This document shows, piece by piece, positions 1 through 9,522 of a stretch of DNA of 64,000 bases (its first letter is position 1; every line of letters begins with the position of its first letter). The position numbers and the translations under genes were made by a program. The notes under the pieces were generated by a model. The model made no database searches and was not told the DNA's origin. It saw only the letters and a list, made by a program, of their open reading frames with translations. This DNA comes from Roseateles sp. (GTDB taxonomy: Bacteria > Pseudomonadota > Gammaproteobacteria > Burkholderiales > Burkholderiaceae_C), in assembly GCF_036404855.1 (NCBI RefSeq), contig NZ_DASWYS010000050.1:9308-73307 (forward strand), written 5' to 3'.

Positions 1-310
1 TGGGCAGCAGCGGGATGGTGATCAGCAGGAAGATCTTGCGCCGGCCGATCTTGCGGCCCACCCAGGTGTGGCGCAGGTTGTCGGACACGTAGCCGATCAG
101 CGGGCAGGTGATGGCTTCCAGCAGGCGTGGCAGGCCAAGGATCAGCCCGGCCTCGACGGCGCTGAGGCCGCAGAAGGTCGTGAAGAAATAGAACAGCCAG
201 CCGGTGATGACCGCCTGGGCGCCTGCGCCCAGCATGTCGCCGCTGCCCCAGCCCCAGTAGTTGATCCAGTTCGGCTCTCGGGCCGCGGGGTGCAGGTTCT
301 TTTGCTGCAT
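1..310 (-). CDS. GPH-family (MelB/TogT/RhiT-like) MFS sugar transporter; N-terminal part only, runs off the window start
   Basis: Not in the ORF track; my translation from ATG at 310 is MQQKNLHPAAREPNWINYWGWGSGDMLGAGAQAVITGWLFYFFTTFCGLSAVEAGLILGLPRLLEAITCPLIGYVSDNLRHTWVGRKIGRRKIFLL. It has hydrophobic helices and the GPH loop motif 'P-x-IGYxSD...GRR', and starts 7 nt after the GH105 stop. Confidence 0.85.
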   Translation of the reverse strand, partial: MQQKNLHPAAREPNWINYWGWGSGDMLGAGAQAVITGWLFYFFTTFCGLSAVEAGLILGLPRLLEAITCPLIGYVSDNLRHTWVGRKIGRRKIFLLITIPLLP

Positions 311-317
311 GTCGGCC

Positions 318-1481
318 TCAGATGAAACGGACGAGCAGTTCGCCCATGGCCAGCAGCGCCATCGCCTGGCCGAACGGCATGGACGTCAGCGGGATGTCCT
401 TGTATTCCTGCAGCGTGTTGAACACCGGCGTGCCGAAGCTGACCTGCGTCAGCTCGCCCGCTTCGTTGATGTGCTTTCGCACGGCCAGCGCAGCCTTCAC
501 GCCGAAGGCTTCATAGTCTTTGGAGATGTAGCCCTTGCGGACGGCTTTCAGGATGCCGTAGGCGAAACCGGCCGAGGCTGCAGCTTCGTCGTACGAGGTC
601 GGGTCGTCCAGCAAGGTGGGCCACAGACCTGACGGCGACTGGAACTGGGCCAGCGCCTTGACCTGTGCTTCCAGCGTCGTGACCAAGAACTGGCGGAAGG
701 CATCGCCCTCGGGCAGGTTCAGCAGCTCGATGAACTCCGGGATGACGATGGTGACCCAGGAGTTCCCGCGTGCCCACAAGGCGTTGGCGAAGTTGTGGCG
801 GCCTTCGAAGGTCCAGCCATGGAACCACAGGCCGGTCTTGCGGTCAGCCAGGTACTTGATGTGGACGAGGAACTGGCGCTTGGCCTCTTCGATGTAGTGC
901 GGGCGGTTCAGCAGCAGGCCGAACTTGGCCAGCGGCAGCACCGACATCATCAGCGTGTCGTCCCACAGCTGCTGGTGATTCACGCTGTTGTAGACGATGT
1001 GCTGGAAGCCACCTTCCTCGGTGCGTGGCAGCTCGTTGTAGACCCATTCAGCCCAGCGGTCGATGTAGGGCAGGAAGCGGCGGTCGCCGGTCCGGTCGAA
1101 TAGGTAGGCCAACGTCAGAAAGGGCGCCACCGGGTTGATGTTGCGGCTGGGCATGCCTTCTTTGAAGCGCGCCTCGAACCAACTGATCATGATGTCCCAG
1201 GCCTTGGGGTCACCGGTCAGCTCCCAGACCTTGTAGACGCCGTACAGGCCCACGCCGTGCGTCCACTCGAAGCCGTTCCAGCCCTTGGTGTCCAGCACGC
1301 GACCGTCGTCCAGGCGCAGCAGGAACTTGCCGTCGGTGTCCTCGATGTTGATCAGGTTGTGGATCAGGCGGTCGATGGCGCCTCGGATGTCATCGCGATC
1401 CGCGCCCAGGTGAGCCGTGTGATGGGCCAGCAGCGGGTGGATCTTGGAGGAATCGACGGGCTTGAGGATCTGCTTGGACAT
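318..1481 (-). CDS. GH105 unsaturated rhamnogalacturonyl hydrolase (YesR/RhiN-like), cytoplasmic
   Basis: Motifs WEWTHGV-like 'FEWTHGVGLYG', 'LWDDTLMM' (catalytic Asp region), 'HGW...WARGNSW', 'SFGT'; no signal peptide. Confidence 0.9.
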   Translation of the reverse strand: MSKQILKPVDSSKIHPLLAHHTAHLGADRDDIRGAIDRLIHNLINIEDTDGKFLLRLDDGRVLDTKGWNGFEWTHGVGLYGVYKVWELTGDPKAWDIMISWFEARFKEGMPSRNINPVAPFLTLAYLFDRTGDRRFLPYIDRWAEWVYNELPRTEEGGFQHIVYNSVNHQQLWDDTLMMSVLPLAKFGLLLNRPHYIEEAKRQFLVHIKYLADRKTGLWFHGWTFEGRHNFANALWARGNSWVTIVIPEFIELLNLPEGDAFRQFLVTTLEAQVKALAQFQSPSGLWPTLLDDPTSYDEAAASAGFAYGILKAVRKGYISKDYEAFGVKAALAVRKHINEAGELTQVSFGTPVFNTLQEYKDIPLTSMPFGQAMALLAMGELLVRFI

Positions 1482-1504
1482 GGTCTTGTCTCTCTGTGTA
1501 CTGC

Positions 1505-3907
1505 TTAGAGGTCCAGCTCAGCCGGCATGAGGCCGGGGGCGCTGACGCGCAGGCGCGCGGGTTGGGTCTTGTCGGTGCGGCGCAGGATGGCGAGGCCGCG
1601 GCCTTCGTAGGCCGCATGCTCGGCATCACGCGGATCATCCACGTCCGCAAGGTTGCCATTGCCGATGCCGAGGATTTCCAGCGGGCCGGCGGGATCGAAG
1701 CGCAGGCGCTGGGCGGCGTCGGGTACGCGCCGGCCCTGGGCGTCGACGACGAAGAAGGCAATCTGCTCGATGCCGTCCTTGGTCGGGGCGACCCGCTGCA
1801 GCTCGATGCGCGCGGCCGCGCCGGCGGTCTGCAGCTTGACCTCAGCGGCGGCCTTGCCGTCCTTGAGCCCCACGGCCTTCAGCTCGCCGGCTTCGAAGGG
1901 CATCGTCCAGCTCAGGATGCCTTCGACGGCATCCATGGCCTTTTGCGTGCCCACCAGCTTGCCGTTCAGCCACAACTGCACCTCGGGCGTGTTGGCATAG
2001 GCGGACACAACCATGGACTCTCCCGCCGGCCAGTTCCAGTGCTCCGCCACCTTGGCGCGCTTTTGCTGGTCCAGCAACGGCGTTCCCTGGCCGGATTGCG
2101 ATGCGACCAGCGTGGCCGAGGCGGTGGCGGCCGCCAGATAGACGACGGGTTGCTCGCTCCACAGGCTGGCACGGAAGGCGCCGCGCGGCTTCATGAAGCC
2201 GGCCAGGTCGAAGAGGCCGAAATCCGCTGCGCGTAGCGGCCAACGGCCGGCTTCGCCGAGGTAGTCGAAGCCGGTCCACAGGAACTGAGCGCTGATGTAA
2301 GGCGTGTCGCGCACGATGGCCCAGGCCCGGTAGTCGTGGCGGTTCTCGCTACCGTAGATGACGCGTTTCGGGAACTTCGCGTGGTCGGCCGAGTAGCGGG
2401 CCTCCTGGTAGTTGTAGCCGGCCACGTCGAAAAGACCGCCAAAGCCGACGGCATCGCTCATTTCCACCGAAGCCATGGCGACAGTGACGGGGCGCGTCGG
2501 GTCCATGCGGCGCACGGCGTCCACCAGCGGTCGGCCCCAAAGCACCAGGTCGCTGGCCGGCGGCGCTGCGGGGCGGTACTTGGCGCCTAGCACCGGATGG
2601 GAGAACGGATCGTTGGGGTAGTCGACCTCGTTGCCGACGCTCCACATGACGATGCTGGGATGATTGCGGTCGCGCCTCACCATGTCCTCGATGTCGCGCA
2701 CGCCCCAGGCCGCGAACTCCTCGCCATAGCCCTGGCGGCCGGGAACGCCGACGTTCCAGCCCTCGATCCACTTGTTCTTGGTAGGCGTGAACTCGTCGAA
2801 GGCCTCAGCCTGCACCAGGAAGCCCATGCGATCCGCCAGATCCAGCAGTTCGGGCGCTGCTGGGTTGTGGCTCGTGCGGATGGCGTTGACGCCGATGTCC
2901 TTGAGCTGCTGCAGCCGGCGCTCCAGTACCGCCACCGGCACGGCAGCACCCAGGCTGCCGGCATCGTGGTGCAGACAGACGCCCTTGATCTTGAGTGGCT
3001 GGCCGTTCAGGAAGAACCCCTGGGCGGCGTCGAAGCGGAAGTTGCGGATGCCGAAGGGCGTCGTGGTCTGGTCGACGGGCCTGCCGTCCACCAGCACTGT
3101 CTGGCGCAGCGTGTAGAGCCGCGGCGCCTCCGGCGACCAGCGCTGCGGTTCGTTGACGACGAGTTTCTGGCTCAGTGTGCGGCGCTTGCCAGCCGCGAGG
3201 CTGGCCCGGGCCTCGCGCGTGGTGACGACGCGGCCGTCCGGCGCGATCAGCTCGGCGCGCAGCGTGAACTGGCGCTCGCTCGCCGCAGCGTTGATCAGCT
3301 CGGCCTCGGCCTTCACGTCTGCCCGGGCCGCGCTGACCTGGGGCGTCGTCACGTAGCTGCCCCAGGGCGCGATATGAAGTGCGTCCGTGAAGCTCAGTCG
3401 TGCGTCGCGGTAAATGCCGGAGCCGGTGAAGTAGCGCGAATCCGTCTGCCGCGAGTGGTCCACGCGGACAGCCAGCACGTTCGGGCTGCCGTCGAACTTC
3501 AAGTACGGCGTCAGCTCGAACTGGAAGCTGCTGTAGCCATTGGGGCGGCCGCCCACGTACTGGCCGTTGATCCAGACCTGGGCATGGTCGTAGACACCGT
3601 CGAAGGTGATGCGCGCGACTCGGCCCTTCTGCTCGGTCCCCAAGGCGAAGCTGCGGCGGTACCAGCCAATGCCGCCGGCCGCGTAGCCGTTGCCGCTGCC
3701 GTATTCGGCACGGAAGGGCTCGTGCTGGCTCCAGTCGTGCGGCACGCGCACGGCCTGCCAGCCGCTGTCGTCGAAGGCCGGCTGCATGGCAGCGCCGGGG
3801 TCGCTCTTCTGGAAGCGCCAGCCGCTGACCAGCGTCTGCTCCTGGCGCTGGGCGATGGCGGCGCCGGCAAGCGCCAGCAGAGCGATGGCGAGGCGGGTGC
3901 GGCGCAT
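1505..3907 (-). CDS. Secreted GH2 glycoside hydrolase (beta-galactosidase-like)
   Basis: Signal peptide MRRTRLAIALLALAGAAIAQ; GH2 motifs 'GVCLHHD', 'IRTSHNP', 'WSVGNE' (acid/base), 'YGSEN' (nucleophile), 'FLWTGFDYLGE'. Confidence 0.92.
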   Translation of the reverse strand: MRRTRLAIALLALAGAAIAQRQEQTLVSGWRFQKSDPGAAMQPAFDDSGWQAVRVPHDWSQHEPFRAEYGSGNGYAAGGIGWYRRSFALGTEQKGRVARITFDGVYDHAQVWINGQYVGGRPNGYSSFQFELTPYLKFDGSPNVLAVRVDHSRQTDSRYFTGSGIYRDARLSFTDALHIAPWGSYVTTPQVSAARADVKAEAELINAAASERQFTLRAELIAPDGRVVTTREARASLAAGKRRTLSQKLVVNEPQRWSPEAPRLYTLRQTVLVDGRPVDQTTTPFGIRNFRFDAAQGFFLNGQPLKIKGVCLHHDAGSLGAAVPVAVLERRLQQLKDIGVNAIRTSHNPAAPELLDLADRMGFLVQAEAFDEFTPTKNKWIEGWNVGVPGRQGYGEEFAAWGVRDIEDMVRRDRNHPSIVMWSVGNEVDYPNDPFSHPVLGAKYRPAAPPASDLVLWGRPLVDAVRRMDPTRPVTVAMASVEMSDAVGFGGLFDVAGYNYQEARYSADHAKFPKRVIYGSENRHDYRAWAIVRDTPYISAQFLWTGFDYLGEAGRWPLRAADFGLFDLAGFMKPRGAFRASLWSEQPVVYLAAATASATLVASQSGQGTPLLDQQKRAKVAEHWNWPAGESMVVSAYANTPEVQLWLNGKLVGTQKAMDAVEGILSWTMPFEAGELKAVGLKDGKAAAEVKLQTAGAAARIELQRVAPTKDGIEQIAFFVVDAQGRRVPDAAQRLRFDPAGPLEILGIGNGNLADVDDPRDAEHAAYEGRGLAILRRTDKTQPARLRVSAPGLMPAELDL

Positions 3908-3909
3908 GT

Positions 3910-6900
3910 TTAACGCTGCAGGCTGCGTGGCTGCGCCACGGCTTCCAGCGGCACGCCGCCGCGGGACACGGCCAGCGGCACCAGGCGCACGGCCTCCAGC
4001 GCATTGGCCGCGTCACCGTCGGTGGTGACGGCCAGCGTCAGCGTGTTGTCGCCGTTGGAGTTCAGGATGCCTGGCGGCATCACGAAGACGCGCTGCGGGC
4101 CGATGTGGGCAATGAACTGACCCAGGTTCCAGCCGTTTACGAAGATCAGTGCGCGGTTTTCGCGCTCCGAGCGCGGCTTGCTGGTGTCGCCGAAGGCCAG
4201 TCCCAGTTGCACGTCATGGCCTTGTGGCAAGTCCAACTTGAAGTTGGTGCGCAGCCAGTACGTGCCGGCGGCGGGCGGGGCGGCGCCTGGCGTCGTCGCG
4301 TCCCAGCCGGCCTGCGACTTGGCGGGGTCGACCGGGAGGTGCCAGCCCATGCGTTCCCCCTGAAGGCCACCATTGTTGAGTGGGCCGCGGACGAGGTCGG
4401 CAATGTCCTCGCCGCCTTTGTTGCCCTGGATCTTCCAGGCGATGGTGGTGCCAAAGCGCTGGCCGCCCTTGGGCGCCAGCGACGCGGAGATCAGGCCGCG
4501 GGCCTCCTTGTGCACGTCGTCAGCGAACAGGTCCCAGTTGTGCGAGTTGTTGCGTACGACGACGGCGATGACGTGCTCGCCAGCCGGCAGGTCCTTCAGC
4601 AGATGTCTGAAGGTGTCGGTTGTCTCGGGGAAGGGGCGGCCGGTGTCGTGGTCCTGTTGGCCGACGAACTTGCCATCCACCCAGACTTGGATCATGCCGG
4701 CGCCGCCGCCGCCGAAGAACAGCTCCAGCTGCAGCGGTTTGGTGTCGCTTGTCGTGAAGCGGCCGCGGTACCAGACGTCGCCGTGGTGGAAGCCGTAGTC
4801 GCTCATCGCCAGCACCGGTTGGCCCCGGTCGGGCGCGGTGTAGACGTTGGCGGCAGACACGGCAGCGTCGGCCTTGCGCCAGCCGCTGTCGTCAAACTTG
4901 GGGTCTGCTTCCAGCGAGTCGAAGCGGCGTGTCCACGCGGTCTGAGTGAGGTCGGGCAGTTGGATGGCGGCCGGACCTGCCAACGTGACGCGGGCAACCA
5001 GGCTGTGGTCTTGCGCAGCCGCGGCGACAGTCTGGCCGTTGAAACTCAGTGCATTGATGCCTTCGGGCACCCAGGCGCGCAGCGTGCTTGCCTGCGTCGT
5101 GTCGCCGGTCAGTTGCAGGGTCCTGCCGCTGAAGGCGGCCGTGCGCACCAGTGCCGGGCTACGCACCAGCACAGCCTGGTCACCCGCCTTCAGGCGCCAG
5201 AACTCCCAGCCGGTCTTCTCGTCGGCCAGCAGCAGCAGCAGCGGTGCGCGGCCGCCGCCGCTGATCAGTAGCTCGGTCAGTTCGCTGTGGCGGTAGTTCA
5301 GCCGCAGGTCTCCGCGCTGGGCATCCCAAAGCGTCTGGGCCTGGCCGCGCAGCACCTGCACCTTGGGTTGGCTGGTGTAGCGAAGGACGGTCTCGCCGTC
5401 GTCGCCATTGCGGCCGTAGAGCAGTGCCACGTCGCGGGCACCCTGCTGCAGCTGCGCCTGCAGCTCGCTAGTGCTGTAGACCAGGTGCTGGCGCTCAAGC
5501 GCGTAGCTGGCCAGCAGCATCTTGGCGTCTTGGCCGGTCAGCGTCAGCTTGCCGGCCTGCGGCACCTGGTAGTTGCCGTCACGTGTCTGCAACTTGAAGC
5601 CGAAGGCCTCGCTGCCGGTCAGGTGGTTGTGCTGGGCCAGCAGCACGTGGCTGCCGAGCGCCTTGTTGACGTTGTGATAGAGCCTGATCTTGGCGTTGCC
5701 GGGGTCCAGCACCTCACCCTTGTCCATCGCCGCAAGCACGGGCGTGGCAGCCTGCACGAAGCCGCCCATCTGCTTGAGTACCAGCGCCTTGTCGCGCATC
5801 ACGCGCGACTCGTTGATGGGCGAGCCGTAGTCGTAGCTGGTGTAGACCACCGGTCCGCCCAGCCAGCCCCAGCTGGTTCCGCCGTAGGCCATGTAGATGG
5901 AGTGGATGGTCAGCGAGTTGATCAGGCTGCCGCCGTAGACCACGCGCTGGTAGCCCGGCCCCTGGCGCTTGGCCGTGCACTCGTACGTGCCGTTGCTGCC
6001 CCAGTAGTCGAACCAGCCCGCGCCGATCTCGGCGACGAAGCCCGGCGTGTTGGGCGAGGCGAGCGAGCCGACCTTGGGGAAGTTTCGACCGTAGATGCCC
6101 CAGTCCTGCACCGGCGCTGGTGCGCCGGGCGTGCCGTGCACGTCGCAGATGCCGCCGGGGTAGCCGTCGAAGGCGTAGAGGTCCGTCGGGCCGGGGTTGG
6201 CGAACGGGGCGGTGGAGTTCTTGGGCGTCCAGTCCGGCAGCCGCGATGCGGCGTTGTGGAACAGCGGCACGGTGATGCCGTCGGCGCGCGCCTTATCCGC
6301 CAGGTGTTGCATGTGCCGGATGTTCTTGGGGTTCACCGCGAACAGCTCGTTCTCCAGCTGGTAGGCGATGACGTTGCCCGTGCCATTGGTGATCTGGTGG
6401 CGGGCCAGAATGGCGTTGATCTGCGTCATCCACTCGTCGGTGGCGGCCTGGTACTCGGCTGCGTCGGTGCGTGCCTCGACACGCTGGCGCAGCAGCCAGC
6501 CGGGGAAGCCGCCGGCCGTCAGCTCCGCATTCACATACGGCCCCATGCGGGCGATGACGTAGAGGCCCTCTTCCTCGGCCATCTGGATGGCGCGCTCAAT
6601 GTTGCGGATGCCTGTGAAGTCGTAGTGGCCCGGCTTGGCCGAGTGGTAGCCCCAGCTGAAGTAGAAGGCCACGGCATTCAGGCCGGACGCCTTCATCTTC
6701 TGCAGCACGTCGCGCCACAGGCTGGGCGAGGGCAGACGGAAGGGATGGAACTCGCCGCCGAAGATCATCTCGCGCTTTCCGTCGATGATCAGCGAGTGGC
6801 GGTCCCAAGTGATGGTCTTGGGCTTGGCCTTGGGTGCCGTCGCGCGGTCCAGCTGCGCGGTGTCCTCGGAGATGACGGTGAAGTGGCGCACGCTGCCTGA

Positions 6901-7818
6901 CACTCCGCCCAGCTCTTTCTTGGGCGTCCAGGTCTGGAGACCGTCGAAGCTGTCGGAATACCAGTAGCGCTTCGTCATGTAGTCATCGAAGTAGATGCGC
7001 CAGCCCGGCTTGCCATCCGCGCCCTTGATGGGCACCAGTGCCTGGCCTTCCGACGGGCCACCCCAGCCGGCCCAGTCGCCGGTCTTTTGCATGGTCCAGG
7101 GGCCGTCCAGGGACGGGGCGGTCGCAAGCTCGATGAACTTGGTCGTTTCGTTCTTCGCGAACGCGACGTAGCGCCCTTCGTGCGGGATGACGAAGGTGTC
7201 GATGTAGTTGTTCTCCAGCCCCCGCATGGGCACCGGGTCGCCGAACTTCGTGAAGCTGGCATCCAGCGCCTTCACGGAGTAGGCCGCGAACGGGCCCTGC
7301 GTGCCGGCCTTGGACAGGCTCACGATCAGCTTCAGGCTGCCGTCGGATTCGCGGAACCACTCGGGTGCCCAGACGTTGCTTACGCCCGGCAGCCTGACTG
7401 GCACGTCGGCCACGTGTGTCCAGCTCTTCAGGTCCACCGATTTGGCGATGCCGAAGGTGGAGCCCGACCAGTTGGTCGTGTAGGCGATGTAGTAGAGGCC
7501 GTCGGCCGCGCGGATGATCGACGGATCGCGCAGCAGGTCCTTGGGCGGTTGATAGACCTCCGAACCCAGCGAAGTGAAGGTGACGCCGTCCGCTGACGAG
7601 AACAGGCTCAGCTTGTTCTGCGAGGTGGCCATGAAGGCCGACATCAGGAAGGTCTTCTCGCCCTTGGTGGCTGCCAGCGGTGCCTTGGCCTGCGTTGCGC
7701 CGAGGGTGGTGGGCGCCTGGCCCGGCAGATCCTGCGCGCCGGCCGCGGCACACATCAACAGCGAGGCGAACCAGATAGCGGTGCGGTTCGGCAGGGCGGG
7801 CGGCAGGACAGCAGGCAT
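3910..7818 (-). CDS. Secreted two-catalytic-domain glycosidase: GH43-like beta-propeller fused to a GH35 beta-galactosidase with C-terminal beta-sandwich domains
   Basis: N-terminal signal-like segment. GH43-type motifs 'LRDPSI', 'WAPEW', 'YIDTF', 'SEGQAL'. GH35 motifs 'GGEFHPFRLP...W', 'ARMGPYVNAE', 'QLENE', 'FVAEIGAGWFDYWG', 'YTSYDYGSPI'. Confidence 0.88.
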   Translation of the reverse strand: MPAVLPPALPNRTAIWFASLLMCAAAGAQDLPGQAPTTLGATQAKAPLAATKGEKTFLMSAFMATSQNKLSLFSSADGVTFTSLGSEVYQPPKDLLRDPSIIRAADGLYYIAYTTNWSGSTFGIAKSVDLKSWTHVADVPVRLPGVSNVWAPEWFRESDGSLKLIVSLSKAGTQGPFAAYSVKALDASFTKFGDPVPMRGLENNYIDTFVIPHEGRYVAFAKNETTKFIELATAPSLDGPWTMQKTGDWAGWGGPSEGQALVPIKGADGKPGWRIYFDDYMTKRYWYSDSFDGLQTWTPKKELGGVSGSVRHFTVISEDTAQLDRATAPKAKPKTITWDRHSLIIDGKREMIFGGEFHPFRLPSPSLWRDVLQKMKASGLNAVAFYFSWGYHSAKPGHYDFTGIRNIERAIQMAEEEGLYVIARMGPYVNAELTAGGFPGWLLRQRVEARTDAAEYQAATDEWMTQINAILARHQITNGTGNVIAYQLENELFAVNPKNIRHMQHLADKARADGITVPLFHNAASRLPDWTPKNSTAPFANPGPTDLYAFDGYPGGICDVHGTPGAPAPVQDWGIYGRNFPKVGSLASPNTPGFVAEIGAGWFDYWGSNGTYECTAKRQGPGYQRVVYGGSLINSLTIHSIYMAYGGTSWGWLGGPVVYTSYDYGSPINESRVMRDKALVLKQMGGFVQAATPVLAAMDKGEVLDPGNAKIRLYHNVNKALGSHVLLAQHNHLTGSEAFGFKLQTRDGNYQVPQAGKLTLTGQDAKMLLASYALERQHLVYSTSELQAQLQQGARDVALLYGRNGDDGETVLRYTSQPKVQVLRGQAQTLWDAQRGDLRLNYRHSELTELLISGGGRAPLLLLLADEKTGWEFWRLKAGDQAVLVRSPALVRTAAFSGRTLQLTGDTTQASTLRAWVPEGINALSFNGQTVAAAAQDHSLVARVTLAGPAAIQLPDLTQTAWTRRFDSLEADPKFDDSGWRKADAAVSAANVYTAPDRGQPVLAMSDYGFHHGDVWYRGRFTTSDTKPLQLELFFGGGGAGMIQVWVDGKFVGQQDHDTGRPFPETTDTFRHLLKDLPAGEHVIAVVVRNNSHNWDLFADDVHKEARGLISASLAPKGGQRFGTTIAWKIQGNKGGEDIADLVRGPLNNGGLQGERMGWHLPVDPAKSQAGWDATTPGAAPPAAGTYWLRTNFKLDLPQGHDVQLGLAFGDTSKPRSERENRALIFVNGWNLGQFIAHIGPQRVFVMPPGILNSNGDNTLTLAVTTDGDAANALEAVRLVPLAVSRGGVPLEAVAQPRSLQR

Positions 7819-7952
7819 GGGCAGACCGGGAGTGCGTGGATCCGAGGCCAGTGTCCCCGCGTTTGTCCGTGCGAATCGATCAAACGCTTGCGAGAAAGGC
7901 CGCTTCCGAGGTCGCTGCGGGGCTTTGCCCAGACCCGGCGAAAATGCTGCCC

Positions 7953-9107
7953 ATGTTCAGTTTCTTTAAGAAGTCGGCTCCGGCCCCTGCGCCCGCCCAA
8001 GGGCCCGAGCTGTTGCCCGAGGGGTGGGCCGTCAAACCGGCCCGCACGCCCGCCTCCGCGCCCGTGGCGCCCTCCCTCGCACCCGTTGCCGCGCCGGCGA
8101 TGCCGATCGCGCCGCCCGCAGAAATGGCGCCGATTGCTGCGCCCGTGGCGGCTCCGGTGGTTGACGTACCTCCGCCGCCCGCGGTGGTGCAGGCGCCCGC
8201 CGCGCCGCCGCGCCAGAGCTGGATGGAGCGTCTGCGCGCCGGTCTGCGCAAGACCGGAGGCAGCATCGCCGGCGTGTTCAGCGGTGCCAAGATCGATGAG
8301 CAGCTCTATGAGGAGCTGGAGGAGGCGCTGCTGCTGGCCGACACCGGCGTGAAGGCCACGCAATTTCTGCTGGACGACCTGAAGCGCCGCGTGAAGGAGG
8401 CCCGGGTCACTGAACCACAAGCCGTGCGTGGCCTGCTGGTGGATGCTCTGGCGGAACTGCTGGCGCCGCTGGAGAAGGGGCTGGAAGTTGGCCGCCACAC
8501 GCCCACCGTGATGATGGTGGTGGGCGTCAACGGCGCCGGCAAAACCACGAGCATCGGCAAGCTGACTCGCCACCTTGCCGAGGCCGACCAGCGTGTGCTG
8601 CTGGCCGCCGCCGACACCTTCCGCGCCGCCGCGCGCGAGCAGTTGGGCGTGTGGGCCGACCGTGCCAAGGTCGAGATCATCAGTCAGGAGGGCGGCGACC
8701 CGGCGGCCGTGTCCTTCGACGCGGTGAACGCCGGCCGCGCGCGCGGCGCCGATGTGGTCATCGCCGACACGGCGGGCCGCCTGCCGACGCAGCTGCACCT
8801 GATGGAGGAGCTGAAGAAGATCCGCCGCGTCATCGCCAAGGCTCAGGAGGGTGCACCGCACGAGGTGCTGTTGGTGGTGGATGGCAACACCGGCCAAAAC
8901 GCGCTGAACCAGGTCAAGGCCTTCGACGAGGCTCTGGGCCTGACCGGGCTGATCGTCACCAAGCTGGATGGCACGGCCAAGGGCGGTGTGCTGGCAGCCA
9001 TCGCGCGCGAGCGGCCGGTGCCGGTCTATTTCATCGGCGTCGGCGAGAAACTGGAAGACCTCGAGACCTTCAGCGCCCGCGAGTTTGCGCGGGCCTTGCT
9101 GGAGTGA
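7953..9107 (+). CDS. ftsY: SRP receptor GTPase FtsY
   Basis: MFSFFKK start, Pro/Ala-rich N-terminus, 'GVNGAGKTT', 'DTFRAAA', 'DTAGR', 'TKLDGTAKGG'; start placed at the ATG of MFSFFKK. Confidence 0.97.
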   Translation: MFSFFKKSAPAPAPAQGPELLPEGWAVKPARTPASAPVAPSLAPVAAPAMPIAPPAEMAPIAAPVAAPVVDVPPPPAVVQAPAAPPRQSWMERLRAGLRKTGGSIAGVFSGAKIDEQLYEELEEALLLADTGVKATQFLLDDLKRRVKEARVTEPQAVRGLLVDALAELLAPLEKGLEVGRHTPTVMMVVGVNGAGKTTSIGKLTRHLAEADQRVLLAAADTFRAAAREQLGVWADRAKVEIISQEGGDPAAVSFDAVNAGRARGADVVIADTAGRLPTQLHLMEELKKIRRVIAKAQEGAPHEVLLVVDGNTGQNALNQVKAFDEALGLTGLIVTKLDGTAKGGVLAAIARERPVPVYFIGVGEKLEDLETFSAREFARALLE

Positions 9108-9508
9108 GGCGCGGTCCCGGGGTCTTGATCCGCGGCATCTTGTTGGTCGCCGCCGTGTTGGCCGGCGCTTTCAGCGGGCCGATGGCGCTGGCCTCGGCGG
9201 CTGCCAGCCAGCCGCCCATGACCTGGAGCGAGCTCGCGTTCATGGCCATCGGTGCCCTGGTGGGCCTGCCCCTGGTGTTGGGGCTGCAAGCCATGCAGGG
9301 CAACTTCAACGCATTGCGGCTCGGCTGGGCGCTGTTCCTTTACGTGGCCGTCTATTGCGCGGCCGCCGGACTGGCTGCGCTGGTCGTCGCGCTACGCGGC
9401 CCGGGCGTGGAGCCGCATGCGTTCATGTTCCTGGTGTTGGGCACCGCGATGCTGGGCGGCCTGGCCCTGGTGCGCCTTGTCTTCAGGCACCGCTTCGCGG
9501 TTCGCTAG
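9104..9508 (+). CDS. Hypothetical small membrane protein (~4 TM)
   Basis: A GTG overlapping the ftsY stop (GTGA) opens a ~134-aa, strongly hydrophobic frame (the 3' part of track ORF 8651..9508); start uncertain. Confidence 0.6.
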   Translation: MRRGPGVLIRGILLVAAVLAGAFSGPMALASAAASQPPMTWSELAFMAIGALVGLPLVLGLQAMQGNFNALRLGWALFLYVAVYCAAAGLAALVVALRGPGVEPHAFMFLVLGTAMLGGLALVRLVFRHRFAVR

Positions 9509-9522
9509 CCGCCACCGCGGGG

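Noticed and set aside
7836-7952. Track start for ftsY (and similar extensions for ffh, yqiA, mpl, thiD-like, phrB, pilS and the metalloprotease)
   Set aside because: Extensions are low-information and run into neighbouring promoters or genes; family-typical starts lie downstream
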